Part shown: positions 1-9,001 of the stretch, in pieces
Layout of the letters: each line of letters opens with the position of its first letter
Numbering within the stretch: the stretch's first letter is position 1
Program-made: the position numbers and the translations under genes
The notes under the pieces: model-generated
Seen by the model: only the letters and a program-made list of their open reading frames with translations
What the model was told of the DNA's origin: nothing
The model's database searches: none
Source: an uncultured Burkholderiaceae bacterium
GTDB taxonomy: Bacteria > Pseudomonadota > Gammaproteobacteria > Burkholderiales > Burkholderiaceae_F
Reading direction: 5' to 3'
DNA: 51,371 nt
Assembly (NCBI GenBank): GCA_964616395.1
Contig: CAZTUT010000003.1
Location: forward strand, 1 to 51,371

Positions 1-518
1 CCGGCGATGGCGTCGGAGCCATAAATCGCCGAGGCGCCATCCTTCAGGATTTCAATGCGCTCGATGGCCGAGGCGGGCAGGCTGTTCAGGTCGACGAACG
101 TGTCCTGCAGGTTCTGGGCGAAGCCGTAGCCCGCGGTGCGGCGGCCGTTGAGCAGAACCAGCGTGGCCTTCTGACCCAGACCGCGCAGCGAAACGCCCGA
201 GGCGCCCGGCGCAAAGCTGTTGGAGAAGGTCTCGCTGTAGCTGTTACCGGCGTTGGCGGGGATCGAGCGCAGCACTTCGGCCACCGTGGCCTTGCCCGTC
301 TTCTCGATGTCCTCGCGCGTGATGATCTCGACCGGCGCCACCGTCTCGGTGTCGGTCCGGCGGATGTTCGACCCGGTGATGGTGACCCGCTCGAGCTTTT
401 GTTCTTGCTTCGGCGGTTGGGTCTGCTGGGCAGCGACAGGGCCAGCCAGCATCAGCGCGCCGGCCAGACCGCCGCAAGCGAGCAGCATGTGCCGCGCGAT
501 GGGCTTCAGTTCAAACAT
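1..518 (-). CDS. TonB-dependent receptor, N-terminal part (gene continues beyond the left window edge)
   Basis: Reverse-strand translation from ATG at 518 gives MFELKPIARHMLLACGGLAGALMLAGPVAAQQ, a signal peptide. Plug-domain motifs follow: LERVTITGSNIRR, EIITREDIEKTG, VSLRGLG, LVLLNGRR, IERIEILKDGASAIYGSDAIAG. A G-rich SD-like sequence lies just upstream. The ORF is absent from the track because it is open at the edge. Confidence 0.85.
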   Translation of the reverse strand, partial: MFELKPIARHMLLACGGLAGALMLAGPVAAQQTQPPKQEQKLERVTITGSNIRRTDTETVAPVEIITREDIEKTGKATVAEVLRSIPANAGNSYSETFSNSFAPGASGVSLRGLGQKATLVLLNGRRTAGYGFAQNLQDTFVDLNSLPASAIERIEILKDGASAIYGSDAIA

Positions 519-789
519 GTAATTCCCCCAGAAAGTGACGGGCGCACAAAAGTGCGACCCACTACGGACTCCGTTTCGCTCAGCGGTCGCGACTCTGTCA
601 CAGGAACCCGCTATGCAAACCCTCGGATTCTCGAACTGGCACCCCGGGGTTGCAACTAATCAAACACCCGGGAAACACCGCTGTTGTTTTTGACCGACAC
701 GGCCCACGGGCTGCGCGTCACGTTGCGGCGCAGCATTCGCCCGGCACGCAGAGCCTGATCATCCACAACGCCACGCAGCGCAACGCAGA

Positions 790-2757
790 TCAGCGCTGAG
801 GCTCCACCGCGAAACGGGCCGTGCGCGCGCTCAGCGCCTGCGGCACCGCGTCGATCAGCCGCCGCGTGTACTCGGCCGCGGGCTGCCGCATCACCCGCTC
901 GACGGGGCCGGCTTCAACAATCCGGCCGCCCTGCATCACCGCGACGTCGTGCGCGAGGTAGTGAACCACCGCCAGGTTGTGCGAGATGAACAGGTACGCC
1001 AGCCCGAACTCCGACTGCAGCTCGCGCAGCAGGTTGAGGATCTGCGCCTGCACCGAGACGTCGAGCGCGGATGTGGGTTCGTCGCAGACGATCAGCGCCG
1101 GCTCCACCGCCAGCGCACGGGCGATGGCCAGCCGCTGCCGCTGGCCTCCCGAGAACTCGTGCGGATAGCGGTCGAGGCTGTCGGCGCGCAGCCCGACGCG
1201 ATCGAGCAGCGCGCGTACCCGCTGGCGGCGCGCGCCTGCATCGATCTCCGGACGCAGCGCGACCATACCTTCTTCGAGAATCTCGGCCACGCGCAAGCGC
1301 GGATTGAGCGAGGCGAACGGGTCCTGGAAAACGATCTGCACGCGGCGCCGCGCCTGCCGCAGCGGCTCGCCCTCCAGCTGGGCGAGCGACTGGCCGTCGA
1401 GGGACATCTCGCCCTCGATGTGTGCGTGCCGCCGCATCAGTTGCACCAGCGTCTTGCCGAGCGTGGTCTTGCCGCAGCCCGACTCGCCGACCAGCGCCAG
1501 CGTGCGGCCAGCCGACAGGTCGAACGAGACGCCATCGACCGCCTTCACGTAGCCCGCCGCTCGCCGCAGCAGACCCGCCCGCAGCGGAAACCAGACTTTC
1601 AGATCGCGCACGCGCAGCAGTGGCGCAACCGCGGCCTCGCGGCCGGGCGCAGCCAACAGGGCGCTTGTGTCGGTGGCGCCACGCATCGAACTTTTCTCAA
1701 CGGCAGGCGCCTCGCGCAGCGAAGGCCCCACGTCAAAGGCGGGCGGTGCTGTGCTCAGTGACTCGTGGCCGGCGCCGTCGACTACGGACGCGGGAATCTG
1801 CGCCACCACGCAGCGGACGCGATGGCCGGGGCCGACCTCGGCCAGTTCAACCACGCGCTGACAGGCCTCGGACGCGGCTGGACAGCGCTCGATGAAGCGG
1901 CACGCGGTAAAGCGCTGGGTCAGCGCCGGCACCGTGCCGCCAATGGCCGCCAGCGGCTCACCGGGCCGCGCGGCCTCCGGCAGAGCCGCGAACAGCATCC
2001 GCGCATACGGATGCAACGGTTGCGCAAAGAACTGGGCTACTGGCGCGACCTCGACCACCTGACCGGCGTACATCAGCGCAACGTGATCGGCCATGTCGCG
2101 CACGATGCCGAGGTCATGCGTGATCAGCAGCATCGCCATGCCGGTCTGGTGCTGAAGGTCCTTGAGCAGGTCGAGGATCTGCTTCTGAATCGTCACGTCC
2201 AGCGCGGTGGTGGGCTCGTCGGCCACCAGCAGGTCGGGCTCGGCCGCCAGCGCGATCGCGATCATCACCCGTTGCTTCTGACCGCCGGATAGCTGGAACG
2301 GGTAGGCATCGATGCGCCGCGCCGGCTCCGGGATGCCGACGCGCGCCAGCCAGTCGATCGCACGCTGGCGCGCTGCCGCCCCGCGAAGCGCGGTATGACG
2401 CTCGATGACCTCGACGATCTGGCGCCCGACGGTCAGCACCGGGTTCAGGCTGGTGCCCGGCTCCTGAAAGATGATGCTGACGCGCCGGCCACGCAGCGCG
2501 CGCATCTGCGCCTCGGGCAAGGCGGTCAGGTCAACCCCGGCCAAATTGACGCTGCCCTTTTCAACGCGACCGTTGTCGGGCAGCAGCCGCAGCACCGACA
2601 GTGCGGTCATCGACTTGCCGCAGCCCGACTCGCCGACCAGCGCAAAGGTTTGCCCGCGGCTGATCGACAGCGAAAGATCGTCGACCGCATGCACGAGCCC
2701 GGACTCGGTGTCGAGCACCGTATCGAGACCATCGATCCGAAGCAGCGGCGCGCTCAT
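790..2757 (-). CDS. yejF: ABC transporter ATP-binding protein with two fused ATPase domains (YejF/DppD-DppF type)
   Basis: There are two Walker A motifs (GESGCGKS twice), two LSGGQ-type signatures (LSGGQKQR, FSGGQRQR) and two Walker B motifs (LLVADEPTTALD, LIVCDEPTSALD). The likely start is the internal ATG at 2757 (MSAPLLRIDGL). The track ORF extends to 2898 through Arg/Ala-rich sequence that does not look like coding. Confidence 0.85.
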   Translation of the reverse strand: MSAPLLRIDGLDTVLDTESGLVHAVDDLSLSISRGQTFALVGESGCGKSMTALSVLRLLPDNGRVEKGSVNLAGVDLTALPEAQMRALRGRRVSIIFQEPGTSLNPVLTVGRQIVEVIERHTALRGAAARQRAIDWLARVGIPEPARRIDAYPFQLSGGQKQRVMIAIALAAEPDLLVADEPTTALDVTIQKQILDLLKDLQHQTGMAMLLITHDLGIVRDMADHVALMYAGQVVEVAPVAQFFAQPLHPYARMLFAALPEAARPGEPLAAIGGTVPALTQRFTACRFIERCPAASEACQRVVELAEVGPGHRVRCVVAQIPASVVDGAGHESLSTAPPAFDVGPSLREAPAVEKSSMRGATDTSALLAAPGREAAVAPLLRVRDLKVWFPLRAGLLRRAAGYVKAVDGVSFDLSAGRTLALVGESGCGKTTLGKTLVQLMRRHAHIEGEMSLDGQSLAQLEGEPLRQARRRVQIVFQDPFASLNPRLRVAEILEEGMVALRPEIDAGARRQRVRALLDRVGLRADSLDRYPHEFSGGQRQRLAIARALAVEPALIVCDEPTSALDVSVQAQILNLLRELQSEFGLAYLFISHNLAVVHYLAHDVAVMQGGRIVEAGPVERVMRQPAAEYTRRLIDAVPQALSARTARFAVEPQR

Positions 2758-2815
2758 TGAACGAACCTCCGCCCTGCGGGCTGCGGTATGAGCGCTTGGG
2801 AGCGGCCCGGCGCGC

Positions 2816-4294
2816 TCATGCCCTTCCCTCGCGCAGCCGCCAGCGCGGCCGGAAGGCGCGGGCGCGCGGGTCGAAGGCCTCGCGCACGGCGTCGGCAAAC
2901 AGGTTGGCGGCGAGCACCAGCGCGAGCATCAGCGCAAAGGCAGTGGCGAGGTTCCACCACACCGCCGGCTCGCGCGACATTTCGCTGCGCGCCAGGTTGA
3001 TCATCGCGCCGAAGCTCGACGAGTTGGGGTCCACGCCCACACCCACATAGGACAGCACCGCCTCGTACAGCACCAGTGCCGAAAAATCGAGCACCGCGAC
3101 GATCAGCACCAGATGCATGACGTTGGGCAGGATGTGCCGCCGCATGATCCGCCACGGCCCCACGCCGAAGGCCTGCGCGGCCTGCACGTACTCCAGTTCG
3201 GCGATCTTCAGTGTCTCCGCGCGCAGAAGCCGGCACAGCGTGGCCCAGCCGGTGATGCCCAGGATCAGGCACAACAGGAACAGTCGGAACTCGGCGCGCT
3301 CCACGCCGGTGGCAAAGTCTTCGGCGTGCTGGTCGATGTAGACGTTGACCATCAGCACGAAGGCCGCCACCAGCAGGATCGGCGGAATGGACGACAACAC
3401 CGTGTAGACGTACTGAATCAGGTCATCGACCCAGCCCTTGAAGTAACCGGCCAGCACGCCCAGGGCCACAGCCAGCGGCAACGTGGCCAGCGTGGACAGC
3501 GAACCGATCACCATCGCAGTGCGGATGCTCTTGAGCGCCTGCAGCAGCACGTCGTTGCCGGTGCGGTCGGTGCCGGCCACGTGGTAGGCCGGCCACAGCG
3601 CGGCAATCCAGCCGATCAGCATCGCCAGCAGCGCCACGGTCAGCAGCATCGCGCGCCAGGGGACCTCGGTGTGACCAGCCAGCATCTCGCGCAGCGAGGC
3701 GCCGAGCGAAGACCGAATCGGCGACTGCGCGTGCAGCTGCGTGCCCGCGGCACGGGCACGCAGCGCCGCAATCGCCAGCGCCAGCAGTGCTGCTACCAGC
3801 AGCCCGCCGCCGGCCCCTAGCAACGAGCGCCGCAGCAGGTCGCCGGCCCACTCGGCCTGCGGGTCCGCCAGATGCGCACCGCCGTGCGCCAGCCTTGGCG
3901 CGGCGCGCACTTCGCGGCCATCGACCACCAGCGTCTCCTTCTGGAACGACAGGTAGGCCAGTGGCGCCGAATAGGTCTTCTCGCGCCCTTCGTACGCGTG
4001 CGAAAGCAGCACGTCGAGCAGCGACAGCGTGCGCGTGCCGTAGGCCGCGGGCGCATCGGCAGGCGCGCCCGCGACCGGCGCCAGCCGTGGCCGGAAGTGC
4101 ACCGAGTCGAGCAGCGCGACCGCGCAGAACACCACCAGCACCACCGCCGCCGACATGGCCGGCGCGCTGCGCGCCACGTGCATCCAGGTCGCCCGCAACG
4201 CCGGCGTGCGCCGCACGTACAACGCATACCCCGCAGCCGCCAGCACCACCAGCCACAGCACCAGGTCGGTCCAGAGGAAGACGAACATCGGCAT
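2816..4294 (-). CDS. yejE: ABC peptide-transporter permease (YejE-like, BPD inner-membrane component)
   Basis: It is a multi-TM protein with a C-terminal binding-protein-dependent permease core (TLCRLLRAETLKIAELEYVQAAQAFG is EAA-loop-like). It lies between the yejB-like and yejF-like genes. Confidence 0.8.
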   Translation of the reverse strand: MPMFVFLWTDLVLWLVVLAAAGYALYVRRTPALRATWMHVARSAPAMSAAVVLVVFCAVALLDSVHFRPRLAPVAGAPADAPAAYGTRTLSLLDVLLSHAYEGREKTYSAPLAYLSFQKETLVVDGREVRAAPRLAHGGAHLADPQAEWAGDLLRRSLLGAGGGLLVAALLALAIAALRARAAGTQLHAQSPIRSSLGASLREMLAGHTEVPWRAMLLTVALLAMLIGWIAALWPAYHVAGTDRTGNDVLLQALKSIRTAMVIGSLSTLATLPLAVALGVLAGYFKGWVDDLIQYVYTVLSSIPPILLVAAFVLMVNVYIDQHAEDFATGVERAEFRLFLLCLILGITGWATLCRLLRAETLKIAELEYVQAAQAFGVGPWRIMRRHILPNVMHLVLIVAVLDFSALVLYEAVLSYVGVGVDPNSSSFGAMINLARSEMSREPAVWWNLATAFALMLALVLAANLFADAVREAFDPRARAFRPRWRLREGRA

Positions 4295-4307
4295 CGCGCG
4301 CCCCCGG

Positions 4308-5285
4308 TCAGCTCAGCCGCACGCGCGGATCGACGAACGTGTAGGCGATGTCGGTCGCCAGGTAGGCAGCGATGTACAGCGCCGAGCCGATGAACACCAT
4401 CGTGTGCACGATCGCGAAGTCCTGCGCGCCGATCGCCTCCACCACCCAGGTGCCGAGTCCGGGAATGCCGAAGAACGACTCGAACACGATCGAGCCCAGG
4501 AACGCATAGGGCAGCAGCGCGCCCACGTGCGTGATGATTGGCAGCCAGGCGTTGCGCAGCACGTGGCCGAACAACACCGCCGGCTCGGCCAGGCCCTTGC
4601 TGCGCGCGGTGCGCACGTAATCCTTGCCCGCCTCTTCCAGCAGCATCGCGCGGAACAGCCGCGCTTCCGAGCCGAGCTGGTAGACGATGCCCACCAGCAG
4701 CGGCAGCGCCAGGAACTTCACCAGATCGAGCCCGGCCGCATAGCCGGACAGCGGCACCAGCCGCAGCGTCTTTCCGAAAAGCCACTGCGCGATGATGATG
4801 TAGAACAGGCTCGAGATCGACATCAGCACCACGCACAGCACGGTGCCCCAGAAATCCAGGTAAGTCGCGCGGAAGAACACCAGCAGCAGCGCGAAGCCGA
4901 TGCCTGCCAGAACGGTGAGCAGCAGCATCGGACCGGCCAGCGCCAGGCTGGGCGGGATGCGCGCCGCCAGCTCGCTGCGGATGTCGCGGCCGCTGTCGCT
5001 GGCGCCAAAATCCAGCGTGAACAGGCGCAACGATCGGTCGTGAAAGATGGTCTGCGTGAAGCGCTGCATCCCCTGCGCGCTGGCGTTGAACCACAGCGGC
5101 TTGTCGTAGCCGCGCTCGGCCTTCCACTTTTCGATGGCGTCTTGCGACACGCGCTTGGCGCCAATGTTCAGGCGCGCGATGTTGTCGGGCGAGTTGACCG
5201 CGAAGAACAGCGTGAAGGTGAGCAGGTTCACGCCGACCAGGATCAGCACGGCGTAGGCGATGCGGCGCAGGATGTAGTTGAGCAT
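4308..5285 (-). CDS. yejB: ABC peptide-transporter permease (YejB/DppB-like)
   Basis: The N-terminus MLNYILRRIAYAVLILVGVNLLTFTLFF is typical of the DppB/OppB family. An EAA-like loop (DYVRTARSKGL) is present. The gene sits in operonic position. Confidence 0.85.
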   Translation of the reverse strand: MLNYILRRIAYAVLILVGVNLLTFTLFFAVNSPDNIARLNIGAKRVSQDAIEKWKAERGYDKPLWFNASAQGMQRFTQTIFHDRSLRLFTLDFGASDSGRDIRSELAARIPPSLALAGPMLLLTVLAGIGFALLLVFFRATYLDFWGTVLCVVLMSISSLFYIIIAQWLFGKTLRLVPLSGYAAGLDLVKFLALPLLVGIVYQLGSEARLFRAMLLEEAGKDYVRTARSKGLAEPAVLFGHVLRNAWLPIITHVGALLPYAFLGSIVFESFFGIPGLGTWVVEAIGAQDFAIVHTMVFIGSALYIAAYLATDIAYTFVDPRVRLS

Positions 5286-5294
5286 CGCGTCGGC

Positions 5295-7556
5295 TCAGCG
5301 CTGCGCTGTCATGGTCTGACCCGCAGCCGTCTGCAGTTCACGCCGGCGATAGGCGCGCAGCGCGGGCACCACCGACAGCACCAGTACGGCCACGATCAGC
5401 ACCAGCGGCCAGGCGATCGGCCGGTTCCACTCGGCGATGCGCGCCGCCCGCAGCGCCGGATCGACCTTCACGTACAGCAGCCGGTCGTTGGCCAGCATCG
5501 CCGGCTTGACGTTGCCGACCCACTGGTGATGCACCGAGCCGGCATACGGGTTGTAGCCGAAGGCCCATGGCGCATCGTGCTGCAGGATCGCCACCATTTC
5601 GTCGACCACCTGCTGCTTGCGCGCGCCATCGTCGAGGTACTTGAGTTCCTCGAACAGCTTGTCGAAGCGTGGGTTCTGATAATTGGCGGTGTTGTTGCCG
5701 TTGCCCTGCGTGGCCGCCTGCGAGTTGGGGCCATAAAGCAGGAACAGGAAGTTCTCTGCGTCGGGGTAGTCGGCGAACCAGCCCCACCAGAAGATCTGCA
5801 GGCTGCCCTTGTCGGCCTTGTCCTGGAACCGGTTGTAGTCGGTCGCCCTCAGCTCGAGCTGCACGCCGAGCTTGGCGAACTGCTTGACCATCCAGTCGAC
5901 CTCGGCCTTCAGCTCCGGCGTCAGCGTGCGCTGATAGTCGTAGTTCAGGACCAGCGGCCGGCCAGTGCGGGCGTCGCGTCCGTCGGGGTAGCCGGCCTCG
6001 GCCAGCAGCCGGCGCGCCTCGGCGAGCGGCTTGCGGCGCGGCTTGCCGTCGACCACGTCGTACACGCTGCGGTTGATCGCATCGGGCCGGAATGCGAACA
6101 CGCCGGGAGGCACCGGACTCATCGCCGGCTCACCGGCCGCCTTGGCCTCGAACACGCGGACGAACTCCTCCCAGTCGATAGCGATCGACAGCGCCTGCCG
6201 CAGCTTGCGGTTACGTTCGTGCTGCTCGGGTGTGGCGCCGCGGCCGACCACCGGGTCCCACCAGTTGAAACCGAGGTACCAGTTGGAGATCTCCAGCGCG
6301 CGCGGCATCTGGATGCCGCGCTCGGCGAACAGTTGCGCCACCGCTTCGGCGTTGCGCACGTCGTAGTCCAGTTCCAGCAGCCAGTCGAAGCGCGACACCT
6401 CCGGGTTGTCGTAGTAGCCCTGCATGAACTTGGTCTTGTGCGGGATCTTTTCCTTCTCGATGGTGAACACCACGCGATCGACGAACGGCATGGTCTTGCC
6501 GCAGTCGGCCAGCAGGCCGGCCTCGCGATCGCCGGGCTCGCCTTCGCACGGGTAGGGCTCGCCGCGAAAGTTGAGGTTGCGGCTGAGCACGTGGCGGCGG
6601 TTCTCCTGGTACTCGGTCAGCATGAACGGGCCGGTACCGACCGGCCAGGTATTCAGGCTGAGGTTGCGCTCGGCCATGCCCGGCTGCGCGTAGAAGGCGT
6701 CGGCCTCCCACGGCACCGGCGAGAAGAAGCTCATCGTCAGCCAGTAGTTGAACTGCGGGTACTTGCTGTTCAGGCGGATGCGCAGCGTGTGGTCGTCGAG
6801 CGCCTCGGCCCCAGCGAACGGGAACGTGCGAAAGTCCAGGAACGGCAGGTTGCGGTCGGTCAGCGGCCGGCCGGCGCGCAGCGCCTCGTCGGCCTTGGCG
6901 ATCGACTCGCCGTAGGCCTTCAGGCCCTTGATCTGCTCGGCCATCGGCGAGAACGACGGCGACTTGATGCGCGTGGTGGCCAGCCGTCGGATCGCATACA
7001 CGTAGTCGTGCGCGGTCAGTTCGCGGCTGCCCTGCTGCGCAAAGTCGAAGGGCGTGCGCTTGTCTTGCAGGTCAGCCGCGGTCAGCGCGTGGTAGCGCAG
7101 CTGGCCCGCCTCGTCGCGTGCGAACGCAGGATGCGGCGCGAAGCGGATGCCGCGCTGGATGCGGATGTCGTAGACCGCTTCGGCCACCTGCTCGCCCGGC
7201 GCATCGGCCGGCAGCTCACGCCCGGCCTTGTCGTAGAACCGCGGCTGCGCCACCGCCTCGGCGGTGCGCGGCACCACCACGTACGGTCGCTTCAGGTAGT
7301 GAAAGCGGTACAGCGGTTCGTACACCGAGTACGTGTACGAGGTCTCGTCGACCGAGTACGAGGCGGTCGGGTCCAGGTACTTGGGCGAGCGTTCCTGAAA
7401 GCCGGTGAAGAAGGTGTTGGTCTTCTCGACACCGGTCTCGTGCGGACTGTTGATGACCTGGCCACAGCCCGCGACCAGCAAGGACAGGCTCAGGACAAGT
7501 GCATGAGCGCGCCGCGCCAGCCCGATACTTGCATTGGATCGGCCATCGGGTTGCAC
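5295..7556 (-). CDS. yejA: Extracellular solute-binding protein family 5 (YejA-like), predicted lipoprotein
   Basis: SBP_bac_5-type sequence runs throughout. A lipobox LSLLVAGC follows RRAHALVLS. The stop at 5295 is firm but the start is uncertain: in-frame GTG 7556, ATC 7526, or ATG 7706. The ATG would add about 60 non-signal residues. A C-terminal hydrophobic segment is encoded at 5358-5417. Confidence 0.75.
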   Translation of the reverse strand: MQPDGRSNASIGLARRAHALVLSLSLLVAGCGQVINSPHETGVEKTNTFFTGFQERSPKYLDPTASYSVDETSYTYSVYEPLYRFHYLKRPYVVVPRTAEAVAQPRFYDKAGRELPADAPGEQVAEAVYDIRIQRGIRFAPHPAFARDEAGQLRYHALTAADLQDKRTPFDFAQQGSRELTAHDYVYAIRRLATTRIKSPSFSPMAEQIKGLKAYGESIAKADEALRAGRPLTDRNLPFLDFRTFPFAGAEALDDHTLRIRLNSKYPQFNYWLTMSFFSPVPWEADAFYAQPGMAERNLSLNTWPVGTGPFMLTEYQENRRHVLSRNLNFRGEPYPCEGEPGDREAGLLADCGKTMPFVDRVVFTIEKEKIPHKTKFMQGYYDNPEVSRFDWLLELDYDVRNAEAVAQLFAERGIQMPRALEISNWYLGFNWWDPVVGRGATPEQHERNRKLRQALSIAIDWEEFVRVFEAKAAGEPAMSPVPPGVFAFRPDAINRSVYDVVDGKPRRKPLAEARRLLAEAGYPDGRDARTGRPLVLNYDYQRTLTPELKAEVDWMVKQFAKLGVQLELRATDYNRFQDKADKGSLQIFWWGWFADYPDAENFLFLLYGPNSQAATQGNGNNTANYQNPRFDKLFEELKYLDDGARKQQVVDEMVAILQHDAPWAFGYNPYAGSVHHQWVGNVKPAMLANDRLLYVKVDPALRAARIAEWNRPIAWPLVLIVAVLVLSVVPALRAYRRRELQTAAGQTMTAQR

Positions 7557-7600
7557 ATCAGGTCGCGCATCACGTAGCGCATCAGGTCGCACAGCAGGTC
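7553..7600. repeat. Four tandem imperfect copies of a 12-bp unit (GCRCAKCAGGTC)
   Basis: Read directly from the sequence: gcacatcaggtc / gcgcatcacgta / gcgcatcaggtc / gcacagcaggtc. The repeat sits at or just upstream of the yejA-like 5' end. Confidence 0.7.
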
Positions 7601-7851
7601 GCGCCGGGTTTGCCGAATCGCTGCGCACCCTGCACCGCGACGCGCCCGATGCCGGCACCGAGCGGGCGGCGACGCCCCGCCCGCGCCCGGGCGCGTGCTC
7701 CGCCATCGTGACCGCTGCCTGATTCAAGGGCTGCCCGGATCTTCGTTGCCCAACGCGGCGGCGGTCCCGATGACCGCGCACAGCGCGCGAAGCGAAGCAT
7801 TGTAGGTGTGCCGCACGGTGGACGCGCCCGGGAGCGATACACTCGTTGCCG

Positions 7852-8295
7852 ATGGCAGACACCCCGTCTCACGCATCCGCCGCCGCGCCCGCGTTCGCGT
7901 GGCCGATCCGCGTCTACTACGAAGACACGGATGCCGGCGGCATCGTCTACTACGCGAACTACCTTAAATTTTTCGAACGCTGCCGCACCGAGTGGCTGCG
8001 CGCGCTCGGCATCGAGCAGGCCCGCCTGGTGGCCGACCACCGGCTCCAGTTCGTCGTGACCTCGCTTGCCTGCGACTACCGGCGTCCGGCCCGGCTCGAT
8101 GACCACTTGCAGGTCGAGGCGCGGCTCGAACGCAGCGGCGGCGCCTCGCTGGTCTTCGCGCAGCGGATCGAGCGCGACGGGGAACTGCTGGCCAGCGGCC
8201 GGGTCAAGGTGGCATGCGTCGACGCGCAGACGCTGGCACCGGCCGCGCTGCCCCGCTTCCTGATCGATGCGCTGCGCAGCCCCGCCGCGCCGTGA
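7852..8295 (+). CDS. ybgC: Tol-Pal-associated acyl-CoA thioesterase YbgC (4HBT fold)
   Basis: The motif IRVYYEDTDAGGIVYYANYLKFFERCRTEWLR is the canonical YbgC/4HBT N-terminus. The gene lies immediately upstream of tolQ. I prefer ATG 7852 over the TTG at 7846 used in the track. Confidence 0.85.
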   Translation: MADTPSHASAAAPAFAWPIRVYYEDTDAGGIVYYANYLKFFERCRTEWLRALGIEQARLVADHRLQFVVTSLACDYRRPARLDDHLQVEARLERSGGASLVFAQRIERDGELLASGRVKVACVDAQTLAPAALPRFLIDALRSPAAP

Positions 8296-8317
8296 CCGAT
8301 TTTCAAGGACTTCACCG

Positions 8318-8986
8318 ATGAATGCCGCCGCCGATCTGTCGATCCTGATGCTGATCACCAAGGCCACGCTGGTCGTGCAACTGGTGATGGCGCTGCTGGT
8401 GGCGATCTCGCTGGCCTCGTGGACCGCGATCTTCTCCAAGGGCCTGGCGATCCGCCGCGCGCGCGCCGAGACCGCCGCCTTCGAGCAGCGCTTCTGGAGC
8501 GGCGCCGAGCTGGGTCAGCTGCACCAGCAGGCCACCCAGGGCCGGCGCAAGACCGGCGCGCTGGAACGCATCTTCGAGGGGGGCATGACCGAGTTCCTGA
8601 AGCTGCGCGGCCGTGGCGACGCCCAGGCCACGCTCGATGGCGCGCGCCGCGCGATGCGCGCCGCCTACCAGCGCGAGCTTGACGCGCTCGAGTCGCGGTT
8701 GAGCTTCCTGGCGTCGGCCGGCAGCGTCAGCCCGTACATCGGCCTGTTCGGCACCGTGTGGGGAATCATGCATGCCTTCACCGGGCTGGCCTCGCTGGAG
8801 CAGGCCACGCTGGCCAGCGTGGCGCCGGGCATCGCCGAGGCGCTGGTGGCTACCGCGATCGGCCTGTTCGCGTCGATTCCGGCGGTGGTCGCCTACAACC
8901 GCTTTGCGCACGACATCGACCGCCTGGCCAACCGCTTCGAGACCTTCATCGAGGAGTTCTCGAACATCCTGCAGCGCCAGCGCTAG
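8318..8986 (+). CDS. tolQ: Tol-Pal system protein TolQ (MotA/TolQ/ExbB channel family)
   Basis: It has three TM segments and the conserved C-terminal core SVSPYIGLFGTVWGIMHAF...APGIAEALVATAIGLFASIPAV. The internal ATG at 8318 (MNAAADLSILML) has an AAGGA-like SD. Confidence 0.9.
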   Translation: MNAAADLSILMLITKATLVVQLVMALLVAISLASWTAIFSKGLAIRRARAETAAFEQRFWSGAELGQLHQQATQGRRKTGALERIFEGGMTEFLKLRGRGDAQATLDGARRAMRAAYQRELDALESRLSFLASAGSVSPYIGLFGTVWGIMHAFTGLASLEQATLASVAPGIAEALVATAIGLFASIPAVVAYNRFAHDIDRLANRFETFIEEFSNILQRQR

Positions 8987-9001
8987 GCCAGGGGACCCAC
9001 G

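Noticed and set aside
637-654. Sigma-54-like TGGCAC...TTGCA motif
   Set aside because: The GG-to-GC spacing is 2 nt longer than the strict -24/-12 geometry. The motif also points into the 3' end of yejF, with no gene to drive.
519-789. Cobalamin or TPP riboswitch upstream of the first TonB receptor
   Set aside because: There is only loose local resemblance. The B12 box and the CCCGCCACUG-type core are missing, and no ACCUGAUC/CUGAGA pair is present. I kept it only as a low-interest structured leader.
4155-7577. 1140-aa plus-strand ORF, the longest in the track
   Set aside because: It lies antisense to the well-supported yejB and yejA genes. The translation is Arg/Ala/Gly/His-rich with no recognisable domains. 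It is a classic shadow ORF of high-GC DNA.
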